Assembly (NCBI GenBank): GCA_051362555.1
Contig: CM120646.1
Coordinates: 6,696,001-6,760,000, forward strand
Source of the DNA: Lingula anatina
Lineage: Eukaryota; Animalia; Brachiopoda
Length of the DNA: 64,000 bases
Direction of reading: 5' to 3'
The position numbers and the translations under genes were made by a program. The notes beneath the pieces were generated by a model. The model had not been told where the DNA came from. It did no database searches and saw only the letters and a program-made list of their open reading frames with translations. This document shows positions 28,061 through 40,313 of this stretch, piece after piece. Every line of letters begins with the position of its first letter. The stretch's first letter is position 1.

Positions 28061-31000
28061 GGCGCTGAAAAATATGCGTCGCATGTGTACCAAATGTGTA
28101 TGTTCTTTCTCTCGTTCGAATCCACCCATACATATTTTATATCGATATTCATGAATAGAAACTGTTTATCAGCAAGCTCTATTCTAAACTTAAGCTTTGC
28201 TCACAATAAACGGGTATAATAGGCATTTTAAGCTTCACACGAAGATCCGTTGTGATACGTTGTTACAAGACGACCCACCAAGATCCCATCAACATTTGAT
28301 CCGAAACTTGTCAAAACTTGTCAAAGTCCATTGTTTGCAGAAGTGCATGTAACAGATCCACGCCATTCAAATGCAAACGACCTGATGATATTGATAGTTT
28401 TTGGTTTCCTAGGTAGACGGAACGGGCATCACGTGCCGGAAAAAGAATTTTGTTCTGCAGACTTGGTGCATTGTTTAACTCGTGGTATTGAAATAAATGC
28501 TTTCATTTTTTGTTGACATTTTTGTCGAAAAAGCAATCAAAATAGAAATTTAAATAACATATATAAATAATATATACAGGTATATGTTTGCGTTTCGAGG
28601 ACAAGGTAACATCAGGATATTGAAATACCAGTAGTAATTTCATTTCATGGTTGACAAGCAATTAAATGACAAAATGTACAAATGCGTATATCTGAACCAT
28701 TTGGAATCATTCGGGTACTTCATGGTGTATTCATTGAACCGTGTACAAGAATAAAAATAGATAAGGATAATAACAAAAACAAAAAAGCATGTCTGCAATA
28801 GTTCATACTAACTAATTTTGGCTAGAGTAAGATAGATAGCAGCTTTAGACATTTGTTTAATTTTTCTTCATATGCGGCTATTGTTCACATGCTGGGTGGA
28901 GTTAGGTTCGGTTCAGATTACGTTGGATCAATATGTTTCTATTGTGTCTTGCTGCTGATAGTCTACGTGTCATGTTATTAGAAAACAGTGTTTGCAACGT
29001 AGCTTTAACTACTTTGTAATCTGGCGAACCTGCTTGTACCAGAATGGTGCATGAAAGTGATCATGAACACATATCTTGTTGGGGCATTTTCATCTGTAGA
29101 TCAGTTATTCGAAAAGCAAACAAACAGCAACATGATCATGGTAATGATAATCGTTTGTTTTCCTTCATTGACAGTAAATAAACGTCGTACCGCCTGATCT
29201 TTTTGTCATAGTTAACACACAAAACAAGATGCGAAGAAGGTCACGTTGCAACTTTAAACAACAGATATTGATCTGAGCAAAGTACAAGAAAGAATTTTGA
29301 CATATCGCTCTTCTGTTTGAAGGCAATAAAAAGCATAAGTTGTGACGTCATCCCAATGCCTCAGTGCCTTTGTCTACAAAGCGTTAAAGTTAAGTCCTCA
29401 GCGGCTCGGCAATATTCGGCACGCAAGCGGAGGAAATGAGGGAGACTCGTGGGCAAAACCAATAAGAAATGTGCGTGTAAAGACTTCATCTTCTTATTAC
29501 TGCTGCCGGTCGCGTCCGTATGCCATGAATATAAAGCAACTTGGTCGTATCGTAAGATCTGTCTTGGCGTTGCTTCAGTCCGGACGTTACCTTATGTCAT
29601 AACTGTACTGTAGAGTACGAAAAAGATCTTCAATGAAATTTGTCTTGATGTAAATACTTAGGTCTAGATATAGAGTGCCATCCTTCTCAGAACGAAGAGA
29701 CCTGCACTTGGCCAATATTTAGTGCCCCAAACCATACCATATGCACGAATTTTTACTGTATAGCATAGTATAATCATATTCACGGTTTTTCGTCAAGGCC
29801 GCTTTTGCTACCCTGGATCCAGCTATTTTAAGATACATTTGAATCCAGAGTATTTCAACCCAAACGACAGCCTATATATCATAAATAACGAACTGATGTA
29901 AAGTTGATATAATGGCTCGGAGAAACCATCTGAATACATGTAACACTCTTTGCGCTGTCAATGCTTTGATTTAAAACGACAACCGTGTTCACAATGGATA
30001 GCTTACTGAATATATATGTTTTCTTATAAATACTAAAAAACATACACGTACGTCTGCATGCATCTAACGTGGCCAGAAGTGATGCCAATGCTTTCATCAG
30101 GTGGAAATGTTATCTAAGAAACTTCCACGGCACCAATTTTGGAAATGTTACAATTAGATATATACGTATGTACTTTTTTGTCGTAACGAAAGGTAGACTC
30201 ATATAAATTTAGATTTTGAAGTTTGTTTCAGAAATTTAAAATTATATATTGAAGTTTGTTTTAATATAATAGTTATACCCAAACAGAGGAATGTACTGGT
30301 ATCTCGATCCTTAATAATAATGTTTGCAATAAATAATGTCGGAGATAAAAAAACTCAGGTCCCATTATACCTCCAAGTTTCACAAAAGTACCAAATGGGG
30401 TTATTGCATTGGTCCTTTTCTATACCATGCTTTAATCAGGTGTAGAGTGGAATGCAATTAATATAGCCTCTTGATAAAAAAAACATTAAGCACGTTTTAG
30501 TGACATTAAAGATGAAGATGCTTATGCCGTCATCATATTGTTTGTGTACAGTAGTAACTGATCAAGTTGTTTTTTGTAGTTGCTTTGGTCAGGAAGTTGC
30601 AGTGAAAAGATTCCCCTCACTCCTGCTTCCCTTCTCCATCCCTTTTTCTCTTCTTTGTCCCAGTAGAATTCCCGACTAACATTGGTCGGTCCTTGTATTG
30701 ACACTTGCGGCATGGCGGAGGTGTTATTTCTGGTTACGTTTCTGTAATAAGTCTTCATTAGGGATCCATCAAATGCTGAAATATTCATACGACATGCAAA
30801 ACGTTTCAAAATCTTTCATCCGACAAGATATAACATGGTCCCTTGTGTATTGGGGCATCATGTGTATAGATGTGCCCTCTATTTTTTTCACGTTCTTTCG
30901 TTGTCGTTTCGGCAATTCCAATTGGTGTGTATTGCAAAAAAAAAAGTTTTTTTTAATAATAGTGGAAAAAAATGTCCCGTATTTTGGATACAGTATCTTT

Positions 31001-33731
31001 CATTAATGTAGCTGGGAACAACATAGTTTTAATAGAAACGCATTCGATATTGCGAATCTTAGTTTGGTGTCGAACACGTGGTCTCCTGAGAGAAGGTTCT
31101 CAGAATGATAGATGTGTACACGCGGGTCTGCCTTGTTCTGATAACTTCCTGCTTCTTTTTCTTCTCAGTTTTGCAGCGCCAAAAATACAATCATTGCATC
31201 CAAAGGATGAAACCATAGTCTCTAACACGCCGCTGAATGAAAATATCTCTTTACGGTCATCTAGACACTGGCTTTAAAAGTATGGCGAACCCAGCAAGCG
31301 CATAATCTACCCCCTCTCCCCCTCCCCATTAGCTTCCAAGGCACACCTTTAAAACCCTTCCTTCTCAAAAAAAAAAAAAAAAAAAAGCGAAACAATACAA
31401 AATCAAACATATAACTGTTTTACAGTTTTATCATCCTCTCACCCTGTCACCAAAGCATGTAAAAGCCTGGACCCATTTTTAAGAATACATGGGTATATCG
31501 TTTAATAAAAATCAATTGTTTTCTGTGGCAGTGGCACCGGTTCTCATACCTATTGGATACCACGAGAGATTTTGTGCAGTGACCGTGGGCAGTAGTTGCA
31601 TGGTGGGGACCATAGTGAATAGTGTTGCTAATTAGTAATTTAAAGAGCTCTTCAAAATTATGGGGCGGTGATACTCCGTTCTGAGTTAAACCGCCCATTT
31701 TTCTGTTCGCTTACTTTTTTACATATGCCTACTCTTCACCAGAGGCTTTTCTAGTTATTTAACAGTTAAATTTTCTGTCCGAATCAATTTGTAAGATCTC
31801 TGGAAGAGAGCATGTCTCACCCGAGTGCAGCAGGTCATGTGTTTGTATTTTTTCTCTCTCATAATTATCATTTCCCCTAATTAAAAATTAAAATTCAGGT
31901 ATACACGGTAGAAAGCATTTTGGCATGCTCTATGAGGCAAAGATCATTGTTATAATACATCACAACAAGAGAAACGGCATTGTTCAAAGTATTCCATGCT
32001 CCCTCGGGTATTGGAGCCTTTTATAATGAGATCTGTAGATGTGCTGGCCCTTATATATGGCGTGGTAGGCAGATGTACAATAAACATGATCATATTCAGT
32101 TCTACATCTAGGTACATCGCTAAAACACTGTTCTATTTATTGAATAGAATGAACAGGTCCCTTTCGATACTTGCTATACGCATTTACAATCACATTATTT
32201 TAAGTCTCTACTTTTGGGTATATAAAACTATAAATTTAATCCTGTAATAACAAGTGACTGTGACTCCTAATGCCAAATGTTCGGATTTGAGACATAACTA
32301 CATTATTTCATACAATGTTAGAGGGTGAATAACGATAAAATGAAAACATTTAAAAGCAAATATACAGATGTATGTAATTTGGTGTTATTTTTGGTTTATC
32401 TTTGTCACATGTTTCTGCTAAATTTTTGAGTTTGAAAACATCTGTGCTCGAAAAACTCATATATAATTAAATGTCGCCACTTTTCGCGTTGCATGTTTTG
32501 CAAAAACGCCGCTATCTACAATAAACTATTTACCGCTTCTGCGAGTTCACGACGTCAAAGTGACATACACAATTATTAATTCATCACTTTTAAAACAAGG
32601 TAGACTGAAAGCTTCGAATTACACTTCTACCGTTGCAGCCACTAGTGTGAAAAGCGCTCAGCTGACGACAACTGGCTTTTCAAAACTTGCTAAGTAGTTT
32701 TTCGAATTTATTGAAATTTAAATATTTAAAAAAGAAAATGGACCATCACCCAGGGCCATGGATCTATCCTGACTACCCAACCGACAAGTTGGTGCTGTGT
32801 GAAAAAGGAACATTGGTCTATAATTCCGCCTTAACAAGTTATGGGCGGCAGCGATTGGAAGATGCAGGTATAATAATGCGTACAGGTCATCCATCGTGTA
32901 GTTTTGAATTGAACGTTAAGAGTTTTGAAAGTGTTAATCTGGATATTGGAAAATCATCACTGTAATTATCCTTTTAAATGTGTCAAAGGGGTTACTCAGT
33001 TTACTTTAATGCAGTATTAAACGTGCTTCTCTGAAAGAATATGTTTTTTTAAGGAAGATTCTCTATCTCTCTCTTTCTCTCTCTCTCTCTCATTTCACTT
33101 TGTAGAAATTGAAAGCATTGAATATTTTCAAAATAGCATTGGGGATCTTTTTGTCAACTTTTTTCCTCAGCTTGCCATTTTATGGTATATAAAAGGCCGA
33201 CACATGAACTCTTTGCGCTTTCCAGGGTACGAAATAAAAGCTAAATATAGAAACTTTGGTAATAAAATCATTGACTCCGTTAAGGCGGTTAATGTCTACA
33301 AAAGTGATATGTGTATTTTTTTTTTAATTAAGATATAAAATATGCGCCATAATGGTCAGAACTGGTCAGATATTCTGTTTCTCCTTTAGCCTCCTGTTTA
33401 GGAATAATGGCCTTTGCTAGATTATGAAATGTGCAGCCTGTGAAATTATAACTGAAATGTTCCATACCTCCAATTCCATACCTTGAATAAGCACCGAAAA
33501 TTTAATGTATAGTTTATGTGTTTAATTGCTCTTAAAGATTTTCTTTTAATCGAAATTGACAAAAACAGACTAATCTGAGAGTAAAATAATCTTTTTATCT
33601 ATTTCCGTTTCAGAAAAAAACTTTTATGTGGAATTTTACTTGGTTTTATGATGAAGGTCGTTATAGGCACTTCATCAATAATATTATTAAATAGCTGGTA
33701 TATTTATATTTATATTTGTTTACAATTTCAG

Positions 33732-33893
33732 AGTACACACCTACGCCACAGCCACCACCGAAGCAACATACTCGTAGATTACGAACAGCATACACCAATA
33801 CACAGCTCCTAGAGCTCGAGAAGGAGTTTCATTTTAACAAGTACCTCTGTCGACCGAGGAGGATAGAGATCGCCGCCTCTCTCGATCTTACGG
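33732..33893 (+). CDS. Hox2: Hox2/proboscipedia coding exon 2 (linker plus homeodomain residues 1-41)
   Basis: Acceptor tttcag|AG at 33731/33732; the phase-1 join gives G+AG = Glu. Encodes [53 protein letters not shown], the diagnostic PG2 homeodomain. Donor CGG|GTATGT (GT at 33894). 162 nt. Confidence 0.97.
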
Positions 33894-35093
33894 GTATGTT
33901 GATGTTAACTCTCATAATGTTCTTATTTGGTATATATAATCTTTAGCATCAACGTAGGAAAAATAGCCGTTTTTCTGATTTGTTCTATGTGGTGCAATAG
34001 TAACCGAAAAGTCGGCACCTCAGCAAAAGATCACCTGAGCCAAATTAAATGACACACGCTCATGTGGATCAGTGCTGGTCTGATAGAATAGCGTCAATTT
34101 TTTAAGTCTTTAATGTTTTTTCCAAAGACACGTTTATTAAACCGTGCAATACCAGCCCTCTGAACGAGAAATGTTGCGAGAATTTTTTTTCTTTATTTTA
34201 ACCACTATTCTTTATTTAATACAATAGCTCACATTATTTTTCCTATTCATCAGTAAAATTATAATTTATTTTTCTTATTTATCAGTAAAATGATAATGTA
34301 CGTCTTTTAGTTCACTACCAATGATCTTTGTAATGATCCTCTGAATGTTAATCATATATGTTGAAATACCAAATAAATATAGTACGTGTGTTAAAACTTC
34401 AACCTTAAAATATTCACCAGAAAATGGTTGCGCGCCAGTTGTACTCCGACATTATATTATAAGTGTGGCCACACTGGTTGCGAGTTATACGGAAACTTTC
34501 CACTTTTGTCTGCATCTTTCTAGTCAGAACATTGCACCTGTGTCTTCTACCTGACTTAACGTTATGCAGTGACAATTGCATAATTTAATGCATCAATTAT
34601 ATTTATATACAAAACGCATTGCCGTTGCGGTTGTTAAATATAGAAATGCTGATTCTGACAGCTGCGTCACATCCAAGAAGAAAAAAATACATTAAGTAGT
34701 AATACGTCTTAAGATGGAGTTTTGATAAATGACACTTACCTAACGTTTTAATGCTTTGGACAAATACAATAATCGGGGTTTCGATTATTCAATCAACCAG
34801 ACACTAATTGTCTCGGAATTCCATAAGTAATTTCACAATCTGAATGATAATAACTAGGTATGCTTTTGTGACAGAGTTGAATTGTTCCCTGTGTTAAGTT
34901 ACAATTGTTTTACTGCTGGTACGGTTTGAGTATCATTAAAAATATCGCCACTAGGCAACTTATACTACTGTTTAACATGTATAATATGTTTGGTGTCAAT
35001 GAACGCATACCCATGCACAGTTGAGCCTCTGAACAAATGCAAGTGTTAAAATCACTTAGCAATTTTATTAATTTTCCGATGATTTAATTTCCC

Positions 35094-35129
<36 letters not shown>
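35094..35129. repeat. (CTAT)n microsatellite
   Basis: Read directly; lies in Hox2 intron 2. Confidence 0.9.
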
Positions 35130-35882
35130 TTTTTATTTAGTTAAAAGCAACCGATGTCACATATCTCTTTATTTTAAGTCTTCTTGCTAGTTTTTGCATG
35201 TATTTCATCAAAGAGAATATTCAATCCGTACGCGTTTAGAATAACCCCTTCTCTTCAAATTCCATTCCATCATTTTTTTTCTTCTTTTTTGATAAAAAAA
35301 TAACGCAGTACCTAGGATACGCTAATATAATGCCGATGGCAGCAATTTTCCCTTAAAGTCAATCACGGTTCGCCGCGCTATGTTCCTCCCTCTCTCACGT
35401 GTCACTGAATGTCGAAATGAGTGCGGTATATTTGACTTCACATGGGAAAGTTGCACATGTTAACCATGCTAAAATGAGTGTTGAATCAAGCGGGCACGCG
35501 GAGAGTGGATGTCATTAAACTGGTTCTCTTTCATTCAAGGTCAAATTTTACGCTTATGTGGGCTGAAGTAAAACGCGGGGGGGGGGGGGGGGGGGAGGTA
35601 GTGTATTTTTTTTGGGGGGGGGGAGGTTTAAACAAAAGATTAAAAATCCGATTAAAAGTCAATAAACTTTATTTTAGCATCTGTACCATTATTTAGCTAC
35701 ATGAAATTACGACCCGCAACTAAATAAATATGGCTTAATTTGAAACGCGATCATATTTAAAAGCAACTAAACACAAATTTATGATAATGTGCAAGTTTTT
35801 CAAATAATAGTATCGACATTTCTTAATACATGCTTTATCTTAAACAACCTTTGAAAAAATTATGCAACTAAATATAACCGAC

Positions 35883-35914
<32 letters not shown>

Positions 35915-35923
35915 TAATAATAA
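35883..35923. repeat. (AAT)n microsatellite just upstream of the exon 3 acceptor
   Basis: Read directly. Confidence 0.85.
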
Positions 35924-35986
35924 CTCCTTGATTTCATACCAGTCGAGGGAGTCGCTTGCCTCAAAGTGCATTCTTTTTTTTTCTAG

Positions 35987-37659
35987 AACGACAAGTGAAA
36001 GTCTGGTTCCAGAACCGTCGCATGAAATTCAAGCGTCAGAGTCAACTAAAGCAGCAAGACGCCCCGAATAACGATGACAGCGTCAGCTCGAGCAGCCCCG
36101 CGGCCGACAGCACGTCAGAGGGGGGGCATCAAAACGGAGATCTCGACGGAAAAGAAGACTTCAGTCCTAAGCCCTCACCAGCTTCCCCGGCGTCGAACCA
36201 CCAAGACGACGACATGGACAAAATGGACACTCTAAAGATGTTAGACGAAGACGCAGACAATTTGGACGGACTTCAAAATGGCGGCGGTTCAGCTCTCGCT
36301 GATCAGTCACCACGTGACAGCAAATCGCCTGCTCAGACGATTCAAAATAACTTTGGGGAAGCACACGTCGGTAACGGTGACACCGGCGTTCTTGTGACAC
36401 AAGATGGCGTTGCCATGGAAACTAAACAGAAATGTGACTCTGTCGGCAGCGTTCCTACACCAGAGAGTTCAGTGCAAGATGACCCGCGTACAATGGCAAG
36501 CCCTGGCGCATCTAATAACGGCCAATTACCTCAACCTGACGACAATGCCAACAGACAAATGGCAGTCACAGGAGAGGTAGCTGACGAAATGAGAACAAAA
36601 GGTGAAATGTCATCTGAGAAGGGGAGATTATCGTCACCGGGAAGCGTGCAACCACACTCACAATCGACCCCACTGTCGACTTCATCGACAACCAGCGACC
36701 GAGCCTCCGTGACGACGGCGTCCAAGCCGCGTGACGTCATAGCTGGGGAAATAACACCGTATCCGGGACACAGCGGGTTAGACATGCCGTCAAGGGCACC
36801 GCCTGCGAGCATGGGGGCTGCACTAGCTCATCAAGCCCCCCGGGGCATGACAGGTTCGAACTCCAGGGTGTTTCCAACCTCTCCGTCTGAAGCTATAAAT
36901 CATCGTCTTACTCCCCGGGTGGGACAAACATTACACAATGCATTTCCTGGTCACCAAGGAAGCGTAGTGCCTGTAAACGGCAACGTTATAGAAGGCATTA
37001 GCTACCGGGGCGCTGTTTCACCGACAACCTGTCATTTACAAACTCTGGGTAGTTATTCAAATACCCCCAGCTATCTCACCCCGAGAACTATGTCTTCTGC
37101 TAACATTCCGTCTGCGCGCATGCGCGGTCCTCCTTACAACAATCCCGCAGAAACGAGTTTCAGCGGATTTGATTATCAAAATTCTGCTCAAGTGCATCAA
37201 AATTTCATGGAAAATCCCATGCAATATTACAATGGCACGTTTGCAGCCCAACAAGAACAGGGATTCAACAATAACAACAATAATACAAATATCGAATCAT
37301 ACGGAATGGGACAAAACGCTGATGGCTTCTGCGATTTTCCTCAGAATGCAAACGGTTTCGACCAACAGCAACAAAATGTTTCTACGCATGCCCACACAGG
37401 CGTGTATAATGGCGGCATAGGCGGCATCAATAACTATTCCTACTGCAATTCAGCAGACTCTACCACATTTCCCGGTAGTTGCTTTGGATCTCAGGTCCAC
37501 GGCAGTTACCATATGCGTCAAGATAGTTCTGGCTATTACAATAACTGCGCATACGGAGAGACAGCTCCAACCATGTCGAGTGGAAGTTTTATGGCCAACG
37601 ACTTTTCTTCAATCTATAACGATGCTTTCTGCCATGATCAAGAGTTTTTACATTTATGA
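35987..37659 (+). CDS. Hox2: Hox2/proboscipedia coding exon 3 (helix 3 ERQVKVWFQNRRMKFKRQ plus long C-terminal tail)
   Basis: Polypyrimidine tract and ttctag|AA at 35986/35987; G+AA = Glu42 completes the homeodomain. Open to TGA at 37657-37659. The three exons sum to 2175 nt, i.e. 724 aa plus stop. Confidence 0.96.
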
Positions 37660-39495
37660 ATCTTAATTTGAGTTCTTGTCAGTATTCGAAGTGTTCAATT
37701 TTTTTTTCTGTTAGTCTCAGATTTTTAATTAAGATAAAAAATAGATATTGATGTATCCTGGGCACATTTGTGGAATTTGCATATGATTATCATATTTTAC
37801 TCCAGTGGAGCATTGGGGCAAATAGACCGCCAGGACACGTCTATGGAGATCAGGAAACAATATGTCACTCTGCATACTAGAGCGTAAATATCACAATCAA
37901 GAATGACTTTCAAATTCAAACGCCGTTCTTGAACCCGGTAAGGTATAGACGGCATATTCTTTATTACTTAAGATTGTTTTAAAACATTTAGAAAGAGCAA
38001 AATGCAAATTAAAATGTAAACAGAGGATTTAGAATTTTATTTACCAAGTCCTCAGGCTGGTTTGGGTTATAGTTTGGTGCAATATTGAGGGCGCATCTAG
38101 TATTAAAGTGGTAAAGTAAGCTATTACTGACTGACTGCTTGTTATATTCTTTACGTTGGTATCACCTCAGATCTGTCGAAATCCAACTTTCTATTTTATT
38201 TGTATCACAACGGCATTGTTATGAACTCAGCGCCGTTGTATATTTGAAGGGTTTAATTTATATGTTAAGAGTGCTTTTTGTTTTTTTGTTTTGTTTTTTT
38301 TTTAATTTGTGTTGAAAGATTTCTGTATATAATATACGTAGAGATCGTTCGTATAACCAGACCATTTTGTAAAGACTCGTTGTACAGATAATGCCAACTT
38401 TAGACGTAAGTGTTTGGTAATAGCGTCATCACGGTAACATCACATAGTATTTTATCAAATGGGAAAAATGTCATAGCTGCCTGAGGATAGTTATTCTAAA
38501 TTTCAAAGCTGACAATTGTCATGGAATATTTTTTCTTGCATTATCACAACGTTTGATATTTGATTTTATTCTTCACGGCTAAGTCTATTCATCGTTCACA
38601 TATATAAGCATGGTGGTAATAACAAACTGGATATTTTCTATTTGGAAACTTGAACCAGTAATAACATGCCGTTCAGGTTGAACAATTAGCGCAAACAATA
38701 TACATATCCCATGACTGTCAACACTGCATTTTATACGGGTATTTACACGGTGGTTGTAATTGTTGTTGCAGCAGTAACAGCAATAGTTGAGAAAACATAC
38801 ACCAAGGGACTCAATGAACCATGGTTTTTAATAATATTGCTTTTTATTCATTTTTTGTTCTTTTGGGATGTTTAGGATGATCTGTCAAAAAAAATCATGG
38901 AACCCATTATCTATTTATCTGTACCTTTTAACTCGAAAAGCCACCGCGGTCGTTTAGTGCTTGGGAAGTTTAGGTAGTAAAACAAATGGATACAGTTAAT
39001 GCACTTACAGATCACAATTGATGGTTGGCATTTAGTTAGCATGCATAGAAGGGATTCATTGGGTTGGCGTGATCTTGAGATGGCAAAGGAGGGGGCATTT
39101 ACGCTTAGCAATCGGGCTACATTTCGTATATACTCCTAACGAAACCTATAGCAAACAAGATTCCCACCTTCTCGAAAAAAATCCCAATTTCATCATTGTC
39201 TTCAAATACAAAAGTCAGCAAAATGCATAACATAATAATGACGGTTATTCCAAGCTGCTGGTGCATGTATGCTAGATCTATCTGATAACAACATTGTCTC
39301 TCGTATGTATACAATAATTCTTTAGGATTACCTTTCTTTCAATTTTACCACAATGACATCGCTTCGATTTAACACCCTAGAGAAATGCCCTCTTTAAGTG
39401 GGCGGACAGGAATCACCTAAGTGTCATTGTTAACCGAATGTGGTAGCGTTCCACTTAAAAGTTGTATCCCCGTCCGTGGTGTAACAGAGCAACCA

Positions 39496-39551
39496 CCATC
39501 CATCAAATCTGGCCGACAGCTCACAATTATCAGCTCGCTGTCAGGTGACAG
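39496..39551. promoter_or_regulatory. Candidate Pbx/Hox1/Meis enhancer between Hox2 and Hox1
   Basis: CCATCCATCA (TGATGGATGG on minus) at 39496-39505, followed by the palindromic Meis pair CTGTCA-gg-TGACAG at 39538-39551, in a locally GC-richer patch. Confidence 0.55.
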
Positions 39552-39823
39552 ACCGACCCCCGAGAATACCAACTCCTTCTGTGACACCATAAACACTGAA
39601 TACACGTTCACACGGAGAGATTTTAGGTCATTTCTGGTCTGGTTCGGAATCGGTTTTTAGCCACTTTCAAAAGCAGCGCGATTGCTTGGCTAAGGTAGTT
39701 GTATGTAAACCTGTCAAAACCTTCTCAGTCATGGGTACAATGTATTCTACGAATTGTGTCATCTAGTGTTAAGGTGTCTCAGAAGTAGTAGGTATATATA
39801 TATATCCATTTATTTTTTCTCAT

Positions 39824-39855
<32 letters not shown>

Positions 39856-40098
39856 TTTGTGATGATAGACTATAGATCAGATTCCCTTGCTAATGCTCTA
39901 AGTTCCTGATATTTTGAATTTATTAACACGCTCCTCCTCGTGTGGACATAGCAAACCGATTCCAGACTGCTTCAATAAGTTAATGAGTTATTTCCTATGT
40001 GAACTTGACCCAAATTATTGTTCAATACTCAAATTTTAGATATGAACGAGAGACGATTACCACAATAATATAAGTAATATGATAACGTAGCCGTGGCG

Positions 40099-40313
40099 TT
40101 AAATCCCCAATTACACTGGACGGCGTCCTGTAGTACGGCCCTGTTTGAGAGTAAAAAAAAATGCTTAACGTGGCGATAACTGGTCGATCATTGAGCATTC
40201 ATTCCGCAATCAAAGTAATGCTTGTGCCTCCTTTCTACGACCACATTGATGCCAGTTTTCATGGTCGCACAAAAGATGCAGAAAGGACGCCGTCCAGTGT
40301 AAAAGGGGTTTAA
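40099..40313. mobile_element. MITE-like non-autonomous DNA element with terminal inverted repeats and TTAA flanks (piggyBac-like, tentative)
   Basis: Perfect 19-bp inverted repeat TTACACTGGACGGCGTCCT (40111-40129) / AGGACGCCGTCCAGTGTAA (40284-40302), extending imperfectly to TTAA at 40099-40102 and 40310-40313. No coding capacity. Confidence 0.6.

Larger units (their letters stand above)
12461..33731 (+). other. Hox2 intron 1 (21,271 nt, GT-AG, phase 1)
   Basis: GTAAGT...TTTCAG boundaries with compatible phase, lying between the hexapeptide and the homeobox as is typical of Hox genes. Additional small exons inside it cannot be excluded. Confidence 0.88.
33894..35986 (+). other. Hox2 intron 2 (2,093 nt, GT-AG, phase 1, inside the homeobox)
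   Basis: GTATGT...TTCTAG. Splicing it out restores LDLT-E-RQVKVWFQNRR. Confidence 0.95.

Noticed and set aside
32687-32965. 92-aa ORF containing WIYPDYP and sharing CCTGACTACCC with the Hox2 hexapeptide region
   Set aside because: Only an 11-nt match, with no WM and no convincing splice sites. Probably chance.
35956-35986. ORF-track start for a free-standing 567-aa protein
   Set aside because: The start codon is TTG within the intron's polypyrimidine tract. The ORF is Hox2 exon 3 and begins at 35987.
37660-39000. Hox2 polyadenylation site and 3'UTR elements (e.g. Pumilio-like TGTATATA at 38324)
   Set aside because: No clear AATAAA was found in this interval, and short AT-rich motifs are expected by chance. 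The UTR end cannot be placed.
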